A DNA stretch of 64,000 nucleotides, taken from NCBI GenBank assembly GCA_973895155.1, contig OZ316898.1:8109079-8173078 (forward strand), given 5' to 3'. Under the pieces are notes generated by a model. It did not search any database, was not told the origin of the DNA, and worked only from the letters and a program-made list of their open reading frames with translations. The position numbers were made by a program, and so were the translations under genes. Shown piece after piece: positions 41,270 to 53,426 of the stretch (within the stretch, counting starts at the first letter, position 1; the number at the start of each line of letters is the position of its first letter). Source of the stretch: Marsupella aquatica. Taxonomy: Eukaryota > Plantae > Marchantiophyta.

Positions 41270-41404
41270 GTGCAGATGGTGTTGAAGAGCCTGGGCATGA
41301 AAGAAGGACATAGTTATAAGAAGTGTCAGCAAATGATCAAGGGAGTCGATGCGGACGGTAATGGGAAGGTGGACTTTCAGGAGTTCAAGGGGTCCATGAA
41401 CTAA
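41270..41404 (+). pseudogene. Calmodulin-like (CML) C-terminal EF-hand gene fragment
   Basis: Translates VQMVLKSLGMKEGHSYKKCQQMIKGVDADGNGKVDFQEFKGSMN*. This has a canonical 12-residue EF loop DADGNGKVDFQE preceded by the plant CML-type VLxSLGxKEG...C..MI..VD linker. The upstream in-frame sequence is unrelated and hits TGA at 41174, so EF-hands 1-3 are absent. Confidence 0.8.
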
Positions 41405-44054
41405 TTATTGGGTTGGGTAGTGTTGCCCCGTTGAGTGTTATACTTGAATTTGCTCCTTTGAATCTTTTATTCTGCCTTGAATGGGTTGTTTACTTCCTTC
41501 TTGGAATCTTGTGTCCCTCCGACTTGAAAAAAGAAACAAAAGAACTATAATGTATACAAAAAGGAAACAGTAGAGTGCAATTAAGGGAAAGCAAAAGAGA
41601 TCCAATGGACAAACACCAAACGTTGAAAAGAGGCAAATGCAACTGACAACCGAATGTGAAGAAGAAGAAAAGAAAGGGGAAAATGCTATCACTTCACTAA
41701 AGGCATGGACTAAGGGTAGACATCTAAAGTGAATGAGGTTTATAATTGATTGTTTTAAAGGAAAGCTGCCCGGCACTGGACTTTCAGACGTGGTTTCGTC
41801 CCCCTCTTCCCAACGAAAAAGAAAATATTTTTACTGAAAAAGTGCAAATATAATACTCCACCAAAAATTGGAGGAACAAAAGTCCACCCAGGACCAACAA
41901 ACTGCCTAATATGAATCTGTTCCTCTCCTTCGATGATTTTTTTTTTTAAAATTTCCCCTCTGTATCTTGACCTGGTCTATCCCTATCCACTCCTTCCTCT
42001 CTCAAATATAAATAGAAACTTCCACCAAAATTTATAAATCAGGGAAAATCAAAGGACAGTGAAAGGAATGAAAAAGAGGTCCAAAGAGGACATCAAAGCT
42101 TTCCGGCCTTCTCTTCATTTGTGTAGCTTCACGTTTTGGAGAATGTAGCTTTGCTTGTCTTGTTCTGTTGTTAGTGCTGTTGGTCATCTTTCTGCTTTTG
42201 AGTTTAGCTATCCGACTCTAGTTTCTTGTGATGTCTTGTTCCATTAGTAACCTTCCTTTGGATTCGGGTTCCATGTCTTGTTCTATCAATACTATATTTC
42301 TTCAGGAAGTGATATATTGTACTTTTATTCATGGATACTATCTTGTTTCACTTGTGACTTTAGACATACGCTTGTCGGTTTGGATCGTTTATCTTTCTTC
42401 GAAGGCCTTGTTCCATTATTATCTTTGGTACTGATTATGCCTTGGTTTCTAGTTTCCCATCCCTATCATCTTTTCCAGGTTACACGTACATAGAAAACGT
42501 ATCAGAAATAGCAGGTTGTAGTAAGATGACTAAATATGCAATCGTTGGAATGTCAAGACAAATACTAGTGTTTGGTCAACTCTCGTGCAATCCCTACCAC
42601 ACGTCTATTTTCTGAAGCCCACCTACTCCCAAAGATGCCTACTGGTGGCATCCTATGATTGAACTTATCATATGAATTGGACTACCGTGGTAGCTATGCA
42701 AGCCTCCTTTGTGTCTTCTAGCTGGGCTGGGTTCTAAAATCAACAGCAAAGTTTCTTTCGTTTGCATCAATGAAGTCATGTTTTAAGGAGCATAAATCGT
42801 ATGAAGATTCTCTGCATTTCTGCTAATTTGGTTAGATTGTTTACTTTCTTAGCTTTACTTTCGAGGGTAGGATATCTTATATTAGACTCGTTCTTGTCTT
42901 AAGTTGGTCATTGTGCCTTTGGGTTTGGGTAATGTTTGTACTATCTTTTTGAAAGTATGTGTGCGAATAAAACGGTAGATAGGGGCGGTCAGCATGAGTA
43001 TTTGATAAGTAAATCTTGACTCGTTAACTCCAATGCACAAAGAGTGCCGAAGTTTCTTAAAGCAGAACAAACCAAGAACTGCAGTGGATTTATTTTTGTA
43101 CTACTCATCGATTGGAATAGTAGGATTTCTCAAACTCTTCCCAATTAGTACAACGCGGAGTCATCAATCAAAATAGGACATACTCCACGTTCGTCCTTCA
43201 ATTCTTTCGTTGGAGATCTTGATAAACTTTAGTGCTTCCAAAGATAATAGCTATTGCACCACGATGCCTCTTCTCACGCATGATGATACTGATATCCACA
43301 GTTATTTATTCACCTGTTGTTTCCAAATTGGAACTGTCGTGAGGAATCTGCTACTTTTGTGTTGGACATTATCGAATTCCCCACAGGCACATGCGTCTGT
43401 CTATTTCAGGTACAAACATGCACTTGTATTTATGTCGACCATGATTCTACTTAGTCAAAACAGAAGCTCCAATGGGTCACAAGGGTTGACCACAGGCTTG
43501 GATGGATTGTCGAAATGTGCATGGATCATTATGAATTAAATTTTTTTAGTGAGATAACACCTTCTTTTGTATGAGGCTCACATCATTTGAATAGGATAAT
43601 GTACTGGTTGGAGTGCTTTAATGCACTCAGAAATACAAAGAGAAAAAAAATCACAAAAGTCTTTACGATGTGATCCAGTTGGGGACAATCTTGAATCATT
43701 ATTGCTCACCGAGATAACACTATTTTTTGGTATGAATGCTCAGATTATTTGATGTCAAAAAGTGTTTTGTCCATTGGGGACAAATATGGTGGTCCATATT
43801 GAGCATCAACTTAGTGTCACTCAATTCCAATTGAAAAGTTCATGTATTTTTCCTAGCGGGTACTTTGCCTCTTTTCTCCTGTTGTACGTTGCCCTCTGGA
43901 ATTCGGTCGTTTTAAAAGGTAGGTGATTGATTTTCTGTATTTGGCTCATTAACACCAATATTTTATTCAGACGAACTAAAACCTTTGCCAACGCTAAACT
44001 CTAGCCTCATTTGCAGTTGAGTAGAATCGGATCAAAGAAAATATATACACACTT

Positions 44055-44800
44055 TTTACAGAAAGGGACCAAACAGAGTACAAAAAAATAAACAAAAGAG
44101 TGTCGAAGTGGACAAAACCAAATGTAAAAGAAGTGAGCAAAAGGGAACCCCTAAACACCAAGAAAGAGTAACTAAAAGTCAGAAATGAGCAATAGGGAAC
44201 CCTCTAAAAACCAAGAAAGAGAAACTAAAAGTAAGAAATGAGCAATAAGGAACCCCCTAAAAATCAAGAAAGAGGAACTAAAACTAATCCAAACTGATCG
44301 AGGTCCTCATCATTCCTAGCAAATGTGGCAAAAAGCTAATGGTCCACATCAAGTGTCAAAACTAGATCGGCCAGTGGGATTGGAACATCCTCTAGGGGAG
44401 CTAGCCGTTGCGGGGGCACACTAGCACCCACTGTAAAAGATCGATGATAGATGGCCCGAGCTTGAGCACGCTATAAGGTGACTGAATGCATTGGTGAAGG
44501 TGCGTGGTCAAAACAGATAGTGGGGGTCCGGTGGGACCCATACGACCATGAACATCCCGGGCAGCTTGCCAAATAAACCCATCAAACTGAGGATGAAGAC
44601 GCCTGAATATCTCCGGAGCAAGGGGAAGGAAGCTGTCGGATGAAGCTCGGATCAAAGAGCAAAGGTTGAGATGACCACTGTTGTAACTCTTCTTGAGCGG
44701 CAACAGAACAGAATCAGATACTTCCACCTCACAGCGAAGGCCACCTATACAAAATGATGTTCTCGCGAACAGAGACTCAAAACCAGTGTACATTGACATT
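44055..44800 (-). mobile_element. Second degenerate LINE 3'-end remnant with a ~55-60-bp tandem triplet in its tail
   Basis: Shares blocks with the 20-kb LINE: gggtccggtgggaccc vs gggaaccggtgggatc, cggccagtg in both, and peptide GFIWQAARDVH vs GSWAAIWEIH. A tandem array of gagcaa..ggaaccc..taaa..caagaaagag.aactaaaa x3 lies at ~44135-44283. Confidence 0.5.
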
Positions 44801-47649
44801 TTTTACACTTCCATCCATTGACACTCTTCTCATTCCTAAAACATTTGAAATCAAAGTTTAGCATTTAATACCTCCCCTAACTTCCATCTGAATAGATTTT
44901 CTTGGGTGTCTTAGAACTGGCTTGGAAAGATCTTTCCAACCATTCTAAAAATCAATCCATCCCTCAGTACACACACTTAGCGCTTCCATCATCCATCACT
45001 CGACGTACACACTTTGCACTTTCAAACATTGTTGAGCAACTAAATTTGACATTCAGTATTTCCCTTGAAACTCATATCCATTAAATTTTATATCTTAATT
45101 AGAAACGGTTTGAAAAAAAATTCTCGATGAACCTAACATGATTAAATTTCATTTGATAGAACAAAAAATTTCCAAAGTTGCGTAGTTCTCTTGCCATCCG
45201 CCTGGGATGCAAAAGTCTATCCAAGCATTTTGGGCAAATATAGAGATCCATTGGGGCAAAAGAATTTCCAAGCATTTTTGCACACCTGGAGGTCCCATCA
45301 TGGCTGCAACCTCCAACCGATGATTTTCTTGTGTAAACTATAACCTTATTTTTGTAAACTTCTTGACCAAGTTGGATAATTTAATTTATTGAAAAGGTGA
45401 ACATCGTAAAAACTACTGATCCAGCCTAATCAGTCTCATGAAAGACAACTTGACGCCTTCAAAGCGGAACTGCAACGTAGGGTCCTCTCGTTTGATTGAC
45501 GAAGACAAATGCATGTCACAAGGTCAGGTGACTTGTGAACAGAAACTTTGTGATGGAACTCCACCACATGGACCTTTGATGGGCTTTCACGTACAGACAC
45601 TCTTTCAGAGCTTGCCTTCTCCAAACTTATTAACGTGAAGACGCGTCTAGTTCCTGCTGTTGCCTGGCGTTGGAATTTCTATCGAGGAGCACGTCGGTCA
45701 ATATGTACGAATTGCGAGATCCAGAAGGTTAGAAGACGGAACCAACTTATGGGGAACAGGTTGGATCGCTCGATTCTCAGAACTAATAATGACGTAGGAG
45801 ATCTTGAGTACCTTCTCTCCGGGATTGGCTGACTACAGAGCAACAGATTTCCTCAGCACTTTGGCATGGTGAACTATTTTCCAGCCCTGCACTATGCCAT
45901 CAGATAGCCTAGTCGGGAAATGAATGAGATTGCTTACAACGCGATATGGTACAGTACCGCAATCGATGTTCAACCAACTTGGCGACATACCACACTCAGT
46001 TCAAATGATTGCGGCCAGATCTCTCACATGATTTGGATCCCTGCAACTAGTTGGACGATGTGGACAAGCAACCTGAACAGTGATCTACCTGTAGAGGTGG
46101 CAACTTGAGGACCGGAACGAACTATACTACAAATCACAATTCCTTCTGTCAAGGACGATTGAAGTGTCATCTCAGTCGCCTGTACTGATCAAGAAACAGT
46201 CCCGTTCCCACAATGAATTTCCCACACACCTCTCGCAATTCACATCGCACCTAAATGGATACTGTTACCGTGAGATGCAGAGTAAAAATCGTTACTTATC
46301 CAAAGCGAATTGCAGACTCAGCAGTTACTACTAATTGCTTACGATAAGTAGTAACTACCTTCCAGTTGTACTCTTACAAGTCACATTCCAGTCCCAATTT
46401 CCGGAGCTCCACCAACCCTTTGATGAACACTACCACTGTCCGTAATCATGCAAATTCCGAGTCCTACCTTGAATCATCCCACGATACTTGAAGTGGAGCT
46501 CCGAACGACAGCATGTGCGTAAAGGTAGATTACCACATGATGTGCACGAATGCTGCTCGGACGACTGATAAAGCCCAAAGGAGAGAAAGGGAGTACCATC
46601 ACAACGCACATGGTGACTTGCAACGACAGAAGTGTTAGCATAGTTAGCATAGAGCCAACGCGTATCCAGATCGAGAAAAAAAAGCATTAAGAGTGGAGAG
46701 ACTCAAAATACAGCCGACGACGATGAGACGCTTTACAGTTCCGGAACAAATGACAAGTTTATTTGACCTCGTAGAATGGCATGGCAGTAGATACGACGAA
46801 TTATCATATCAATGTGTTGAAGCAGTGCAATGTGTCCTAAAGAACGTAATTACAAATGTCATTCTAGATCATGATTGCTTCTGATTAGCACAGCCAGCAA
46901 TTGGACATAGTGCCGAGAAAAATGTGCATGAGAAGTGTGAAGTTGCACACGGAATCCGTTTAGACATAAACGTTGTTCGTCTGACGATGACATTCGAAGC
47001 ATTGACGATGCATCAAACGAACAACGTTTATGTAACAACACCAGAAGTTCCTGTCGCAACGTAAGTTATCCCGGCCAAAAATGCTTGACAAAAGAATGCT
47101 TTACCAAGGTGAAGATGCAGCAACCGTGAAGCGGCTCCCCTCAAACGTCACCTACTCGAGATGATCAATCTATATACACTAATCCAAACTCTAATCCTTG
47201 CAACCTACTATTTCCGGATAGACCACACAAACATCCCCTGTCCCAGAACAAACTGGCAGATTGCTCAAATTTGAGGATGCTCGGCCCCGTCTAATAAAAC
47301 CGACTAACACTCTCCGTGGCGGAAAGTACAACGGTCTGCACCGCAGCTGGTGTGGCAGTATTCTCACTCGGGCAAGTGATCCGAGCGTTAGTACACGCCG
47401 TCCCGTCCCTGGAAACCACTGGCGCTATTGTCGGGGGTCTGCGGAAACTTGATATGTTTCTGTGTAGATTTCCTTCCGAACAGCAATATGTGCGTTTAAT
47501 CTCAGATACGTTGTAGTCCTCCACAACAATAGATTCCATCCATATCTCGGCACAAAACTTCAAGCTCCTTCGCCAATAGGACCAAGCAAGGAAACTAGTC
47601 AAGGCGTGGGGAAGTTGCCTTTCCAAAATTTATCTCCAGTAGATACAAG

Positions 47650-48264
47650 TTATCGTACATTAGCTTCCGGCTTTGGCAGCGCCAGGATGTGATGCCTACC
47701 CCCGAGAGACAGATTTGCGGAAGGTTTACAGAGAAGTTTTAAGGACGAAGAGCTCAAGTGCCGCCTTCCCAACCTTTCGTAGCAATCGATAGAAAAAAGC
47801 GACAAAGAGAGATGAACTTCGTCCCTGGTCCATTCGCGATCCACATTTGATTGACCAGGTAAGGACGAGGGTAGGGGTTGTGGTACTCTTCGCCCCCGTG
47901 CCGATAAAGGCCGCAAGCATTGTACATAAAGGCGCCGAAAGCCCCCCAGGGCCAAGACCACCGACCTCAACTGGCGTTGAGCCGTAACATGGGAGGACCA
48001 GTGCTGAATGCATACATTCTCCCACAAGGTTTCATCCTCTGCCACTTTCTTCCACTTCGTAGATACGCAAGCGGCAGTAGCCAAAGACTTGGCGTCCATG
48101 TGCTTCATAACCTCATAGATAACATCATCGCTACTGTCGATGCTCACCTCTGCCCTGGTTCTTTGCCTCTTGGCTGCTGCTGTTGATGCTCCTCCTTCGC
48201 GGGTGATCCTTCTCTTATCTATCTCCAGCCTTTCCAGAAACGGGCATTGAATTACTGCAAACAT
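47650..48264 (-). CDS. SLY1: F-box protein of the SLY1/GID2/SNE family (DELLA-targeting SCF subunit), 204 aa
   Basis: Uninterrupted ATG-started ORF with an F-box (DDVIYEVMKHMDAKSLATAACVSTKWKKVAEDETLWENVCIQHW), the GGF domain (QLRSVVLALGGFRRLY) and the LSL domain (DEVHLSLSLFSIDCYERL), which are diagnostic of SLY1/GID2/SNE. Confidence 0.93.
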   Translation of the reverse strand: MFAVIQCPFLERLEIDKRRITREGGASTAAAKRQRTRAEVSIDSSDDVIYEVMKHMDAKSLATAACVSTKWKKVAEDETLWENVCIQHWSSHVTAQRQLRSVVLALGGFRRLYVQCLRPLSARGRRVPQPLPSSLPGQSNVDREWTRDEVHLSLSLFSIDCYERLGRRHLSSSSLKLLCKPSANLSLGGRHHILALPKPEANVR

Positions 48265-49716
48265 TTCGTCCGACTATCTAGAATATCGAGCAAATTCTTC
48301 GAACTGGCAGCACAGTCAATTCCCGCCCGTGGTCTGCTTCCACGAGAAAACCAACTCAAGCGCCTTCACACGAGACACCAGCAACAAAATTCCACTTGGA
48401 TCCAATTCCTAGACAGCTCCGCTCGAGCAGCATTGCCGAGGTAACAACATGCGTGCCAACACAATGTTTGAGGAGATATACGCTTCCCACCTCAAGAGAG
48501 TGGCAGGGGCAGGACCCACTGAGACAAGTCACGAGACTCCACGCACAACAAAATACGAAGCGATTCGCGGCAACAAGTAGCTAACAGTCTCGCGCTGCTG
48601 ACGACTCAAAGATCCGCCTGTGACCACACCACACCTACCTTTTAAAGAGGAAACAACAATCTCGCCTCAAGAGAAGAGCCGCGAGGGATGGGACCATTCA
48701 CAGAAAAAACGCCTCCTCGCTCCCTCCCTGACTCCCGGCTGCTAGCAGACAGGAGAAGGAAGTTGCCTGGATTGCGCCGAAGCCACGACAAAGAGGATTC
48801 TTTCCGCACTCTTATCATCAATCTCTCTGTTCCGCCGCATGATGAGGCTCTCGTTCTATCCCTCCGAGGACCCAACTCCTCCAAGGAACGTGAACGAAGA
48901 CCACTGTACAAACCACCCCAAGGAAATGATCGATGAACCAAGTCCTGATCGCTTACAAACAAACCTCACCCGGCAGACGAGCCACTGTAATTCATTCACG
49001 CATGAACGAAGACTACAAATGCAAGCCTACAAACCGCCCCAGGGAACGGACCTTCCCCGGCAGGCGGACTATTAATTACAGAGCCATGAACGCATATTAC
49101 TCATACATTCTTTCCTTGAACATCATCGAAACGAAATCCCAGCAATTCTTCGCTCCCAGCGAGGGAATACGTCGTGAGAGGCAACAGCCAACAGACACAA
49201 AAGCAGGGAGGCAAACAGTACATAGAATTAGTTCATCAAGGAACGAACCTTTCCTGGCAGACGTACTATTATTAATTCCTGGTGCGTCATGAACGAAGAA
49301 TCCAAAATCCGAGTCACCAACGATTCATGCATGATTACTGTTTGGATTTCATCACCCGACGTCCAAGACTCCAAGCGGACCAAGCGCGAACGAGACGAAC
49401 AAGACAGAAAGAATACACCACGAAGGGGCGGATTTCACGGAATGGGTTGGTCGGTTCGTGCCAATAATAAATCAACGCTAGAATCATCTCCTGTTTCTTT
49501 CCATTCGCTAAACACGTCCTAACCCAATTGTGTCAAAAGAAGTATCGTAAGAGCAGCCCCTAGCCGTGCACTTATCTACTATATTCCTTATGCTAAGAGT
49601 GCATGGGGTATTTCCTTTGGACGGGCTGCACTACCCAATAAGTGGATAGGAAATTTATATCCATTTACTCATATGTGTTTATTGGGTCACACATCCGACT
49701 CCTCGTAACCAGCCCC

Positions 49717-49772
49717 CATATTCCACACTTGGTGCATGACGCTACATATTCCACACTTGGTGCATGACGCTA
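49717..49772. repeat. Perfect 28-bp tandem duplication
   Basis: catattccacacttggtgcatgacgcta x2. Confidence 0.93.
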
Positions 49773-52059
49773 CTTTATGCATTATTTATGGGATACTATG
49801 CCCCAAAAAGTGAGAGCAGGAGCTTGAGGGGCTATTATTGCCCATAATGTTCCAAAAACAAGACCTTATACATTTAGCCAGGTTTATGAGATTTTTTGTT
49901 TTTCTAACTTTAGTCCAAGCAAAGGAGAATCTTCCTAAAGAGCTGATCTACAGTAGACGTTAAGGGGTATGGATGCGGTACACTATCTAATAAATTCACA
50001 TGTACACTATAGATGAAAATGCACTTATATATATTCATCAATTTAGTAATTGATTAAAATCTGCACAATATAAGATCCAATCATATCCATTCTGACAAAT
50101 AGCTTGTTTATAAGTTGCCATTTGGGAAGGAAGAAATCCCGACCACTTGCTGAAAATTTGTTTTCATCACTGTTCAATAGGCCAAAAACAATGCTTACTC
50201 GCCCTCCTTGTGTGCACTGCATCTCACCATCCCCTTGTCACCGTGACCCTCCATGCCCTGCTCAGTAACAAGTGCAATGCAGGGGTATTGTGCTCATGCA
50301 ATTATAAAATTTGCAATTTTTGGGTGCAGTTGCAAAAATATTGTTGTAATATTAGGGGACTACAGATTAGTGTAATCGGCGGTGCATTTAGGCATTGTGG
50401 GCCGTCGATAAGTGTTGTGGAAGGTGTAAGGCATAGGATTACGGTGTTCCGCAGTGTCAATCTGGCGATGTGTGCGAGTCGGTGCTGGCTGGGAGGCGGC
50501 CACCGCTCCACGGGACCATTTGAATTCTTTTTCCTTCGGCACGAGCGGAAACAGGAATAATAAACTAAATTGTCATTACCTTACTGTTGGCGTCAATGTG
50601 ACTGACCCGCCCTACCTGACCTGCCGACCTGACCTGAACTTTACCCGCAGATTCACGCATCATCATCATATTGTGGGCCGGTTAAAACAAAACAAATGCG
50701 CGTGACGGACGTGATGGAGGATTGGTGACTGGTGACTGGAACGACGAGGAAGGGACAAAAGGGCCTCACGTCTTATTACTTTTCATACTTTTATTGCTTT
50801 TTTCTTCTGTTTCAGGATTTGTTTTCAGCCTAAAGTAGGAGGGTGGGTGCCCAAAGTGGCAGAGGGGGAGCCCCACACCTAACTGTAGCACCGCAAGTCA
50901 AAAATGCCTTTCAATTGAACCAACACAACTGTACACCTTTGGGGACCTTGTCTCTTACTGTAGTGTTGGTTTCCTTTGTACCCAGCAGGGTAACTTTTAA
51001 GGTTTTCCTTTTGGCTAGTGTAGCCAATGTCACCTTGTGTGAATGAGAAGATGCTAAGAATATTAATTATGCAATTTTCCTATAATAAAATCTGATTTGC
51101 TAGATCTCTCTACAGTAGATGTGACTACGTGGAAAACTGGCTAGTATAGGACAAAAAAGGCTGGCTAATGTTTGTCAACTAAAAACATTATCGAGTTCTT
51201 GTTATAGGAAAATATACTAGCCCCAATCTTTGACAGCAAATACTGGTGGCCTATGCGCTGAGTCAATTCACCCGCCCCCCCCCTTAAAACTCTGCTCACT
51301 TTTCCAACGACACAGTCAGAGGCTTCACTCTTTATTGTAGGCCATGAATGATAGCTTTGCATGGCGCTTTCTTAGGTAGATATATTTGAGTAGGGGAAGG
51401 TAAAAGGAGCCAGGGTTTGGTGTGCTTGTGTTTTTGAGGAATTGGAAGGAAACCCCACCGAGCAAACCCAGCAACTGGCCGAGGGGCAAAAACTGTGAGT
51501 GGAAAACGCTGGAAAAATCACTCTTCGTGGTGCTTTGACTGTTATCGTAATCTTAATGTAAGGTACAAGATTTTCTTTCTGCACATATGACCCAGTTCTT
51601 ACATGGTTTATCTCTATCTTGTGAATGAAAGGAGAAAAGTTCTATAAAAAATATTATGTATAACCCTGTAAAATTACAACTCAAACTAAAAAAGGAAAGA
51701 CTGAAGGTGGAGGACTGAAGCCAAGGAAAGTCTAACATCAAGGAGAACCTAGACATGAGGAGTGGTTGAATATATTAACTCAGAAAATTACACAGAGTCA
51801 TTTTGTGAGATGAGACTGCTGCGTAGATAGAATTTGTGTGTGACTTACGCCAAGACTATGATGACAATCAAAACACAATAAAAGAAATTGTGAAGAAATT
51901 TCTCATGTCCACTTGGTCGCTATGTCTTTAAACCACGCTATGTCTTTAAACCACGACTGCCCTAAAAGCCACAGGTTGCCCCTAGGACCCAAACTTGACT
52001 ACTAAGAGAAAAACAAATCCCAATATCTTGGAGCAGACTTGCTCCATAGAGGAAAGAAG

Positions 52060-52095
52060 TTTAGGGTTTAGGGTTTTTAGAGTTTAGGGTTTAGG
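52060..52095 (+). repeat. Short interstitial plant telomeric repeat (TTTAGGG)n, degenerate
   Basis: tttagggtttagggtttttagagtttagggtttagg. Confidence 0.8.
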
Positions 52096-53426
52096 AAATG
52101 TGAAAAACGGGAAAAGTCTTGGACATTTCCCCATTACATACTGGCAGGTGTGGTTTAAACTAGGAATGTGATTGTAAGTAGCCGTGCCCTCACTCTCATG
52201 AGAACATCAAAGAATGTGGTCTCCTATAGATACAAATAGGCTACCCTAACAACCCTGGGTGCAGCATGGCAGTGATGACCGTGAAAAAGCTCCTGCAAAA
52301 GAGGGCCCACATGCAGGAGACTCTAGCTCAAATGATAGAAATTACAGAGTAGATGTTCATTCAGTTTTCTTGTCATCAAAGGGCTTTGGTCCCGGACTTG
52401 GCTGAAGCATAGGCGTCTTTTAAGTGGGCAACTGGTGTTGACGGTCCATGATAAATTCCAGTAAACCATTTTTACGATCTTTTCCACCAGTCGGGAATGC
52501 CTGGGCAGGGACGACTTCACTGTATGGGGCTCAAGAAAATGTTTTTTGATCCCAACTGAGCCCTGTAAACTGAAAACCCTGGATCGCAAACCCGGCCAAC
52601 ATTGACTTTTGGACGGGATCTGGCAAGTTTTGAGATGCAGTAGTGTGGCCTGCCCACTCTTGGACAGAAGATATAATACCAATTTTGAGACACCTGGATA
52701 GCCACTAAGACAAATAAATTGGTGAATGTACTCAAGTCAAAGAACTGGCAGATGTACCCACCGGGAGGGCCAATTTGGATGCACCTCTGTTTTGGCCGGT
52801 GTTTGCCAAAATGGAGAATTCACTGGCCTTGCCATTGAGGCCAATGCTGGGTTGCACACAGCGTACCCGTGAGTATGCTCTAAAGTGACCAACACCTGAA
52901 AAATCCAAAGCAAAACAAAGTCACATTCGGCCGCAACTCGAGTTTCACACCCTTTCTTTCAGTTCGTTTAATTGTTTAAGGTTTTTATCTTACTGCAAGC
53001 AATTTTTTGGCCGAGACGAGGCAGATTGGCAGACGGAAAGGTTCCTCATGGGAGCGCGCGCAGATTTGGCACAACATTCCGTGAAAAAGATCGGGTTCCG
53101 GTCTCCCGAATCCCCAAACACCACGTGGCCATATTCGACTCGCTACTAACCGAAATACCGACCCCCATGTCCTCAACCTTTTGCTACACAGGCACGCCGT
53201 CGTGTCACCCTATGCTTCGCGAAGAGATTTAATCCGAGCCCCCCTTCCGCAACGGTATTCTCAACCCTGTAGCCAGATCGAGAATCAGGCCACTGTGATC
53301 TGACGGCGGAGATGAGCTGTAAGATGCTGTTACAATGACATGATCTGACCTGACAGCCGGAACATCAGTGTGTCGGAACAGTGAACAGTCATGCAGAAGT
53401 GGCGCCATTGATTCGATTCCCTGGAG

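Noticed and set aside
47726-48186. Alternative-frame and antisense ORFs inside the F-box CDS
   Set aside because: Shadow ORFs with no independent motifs.
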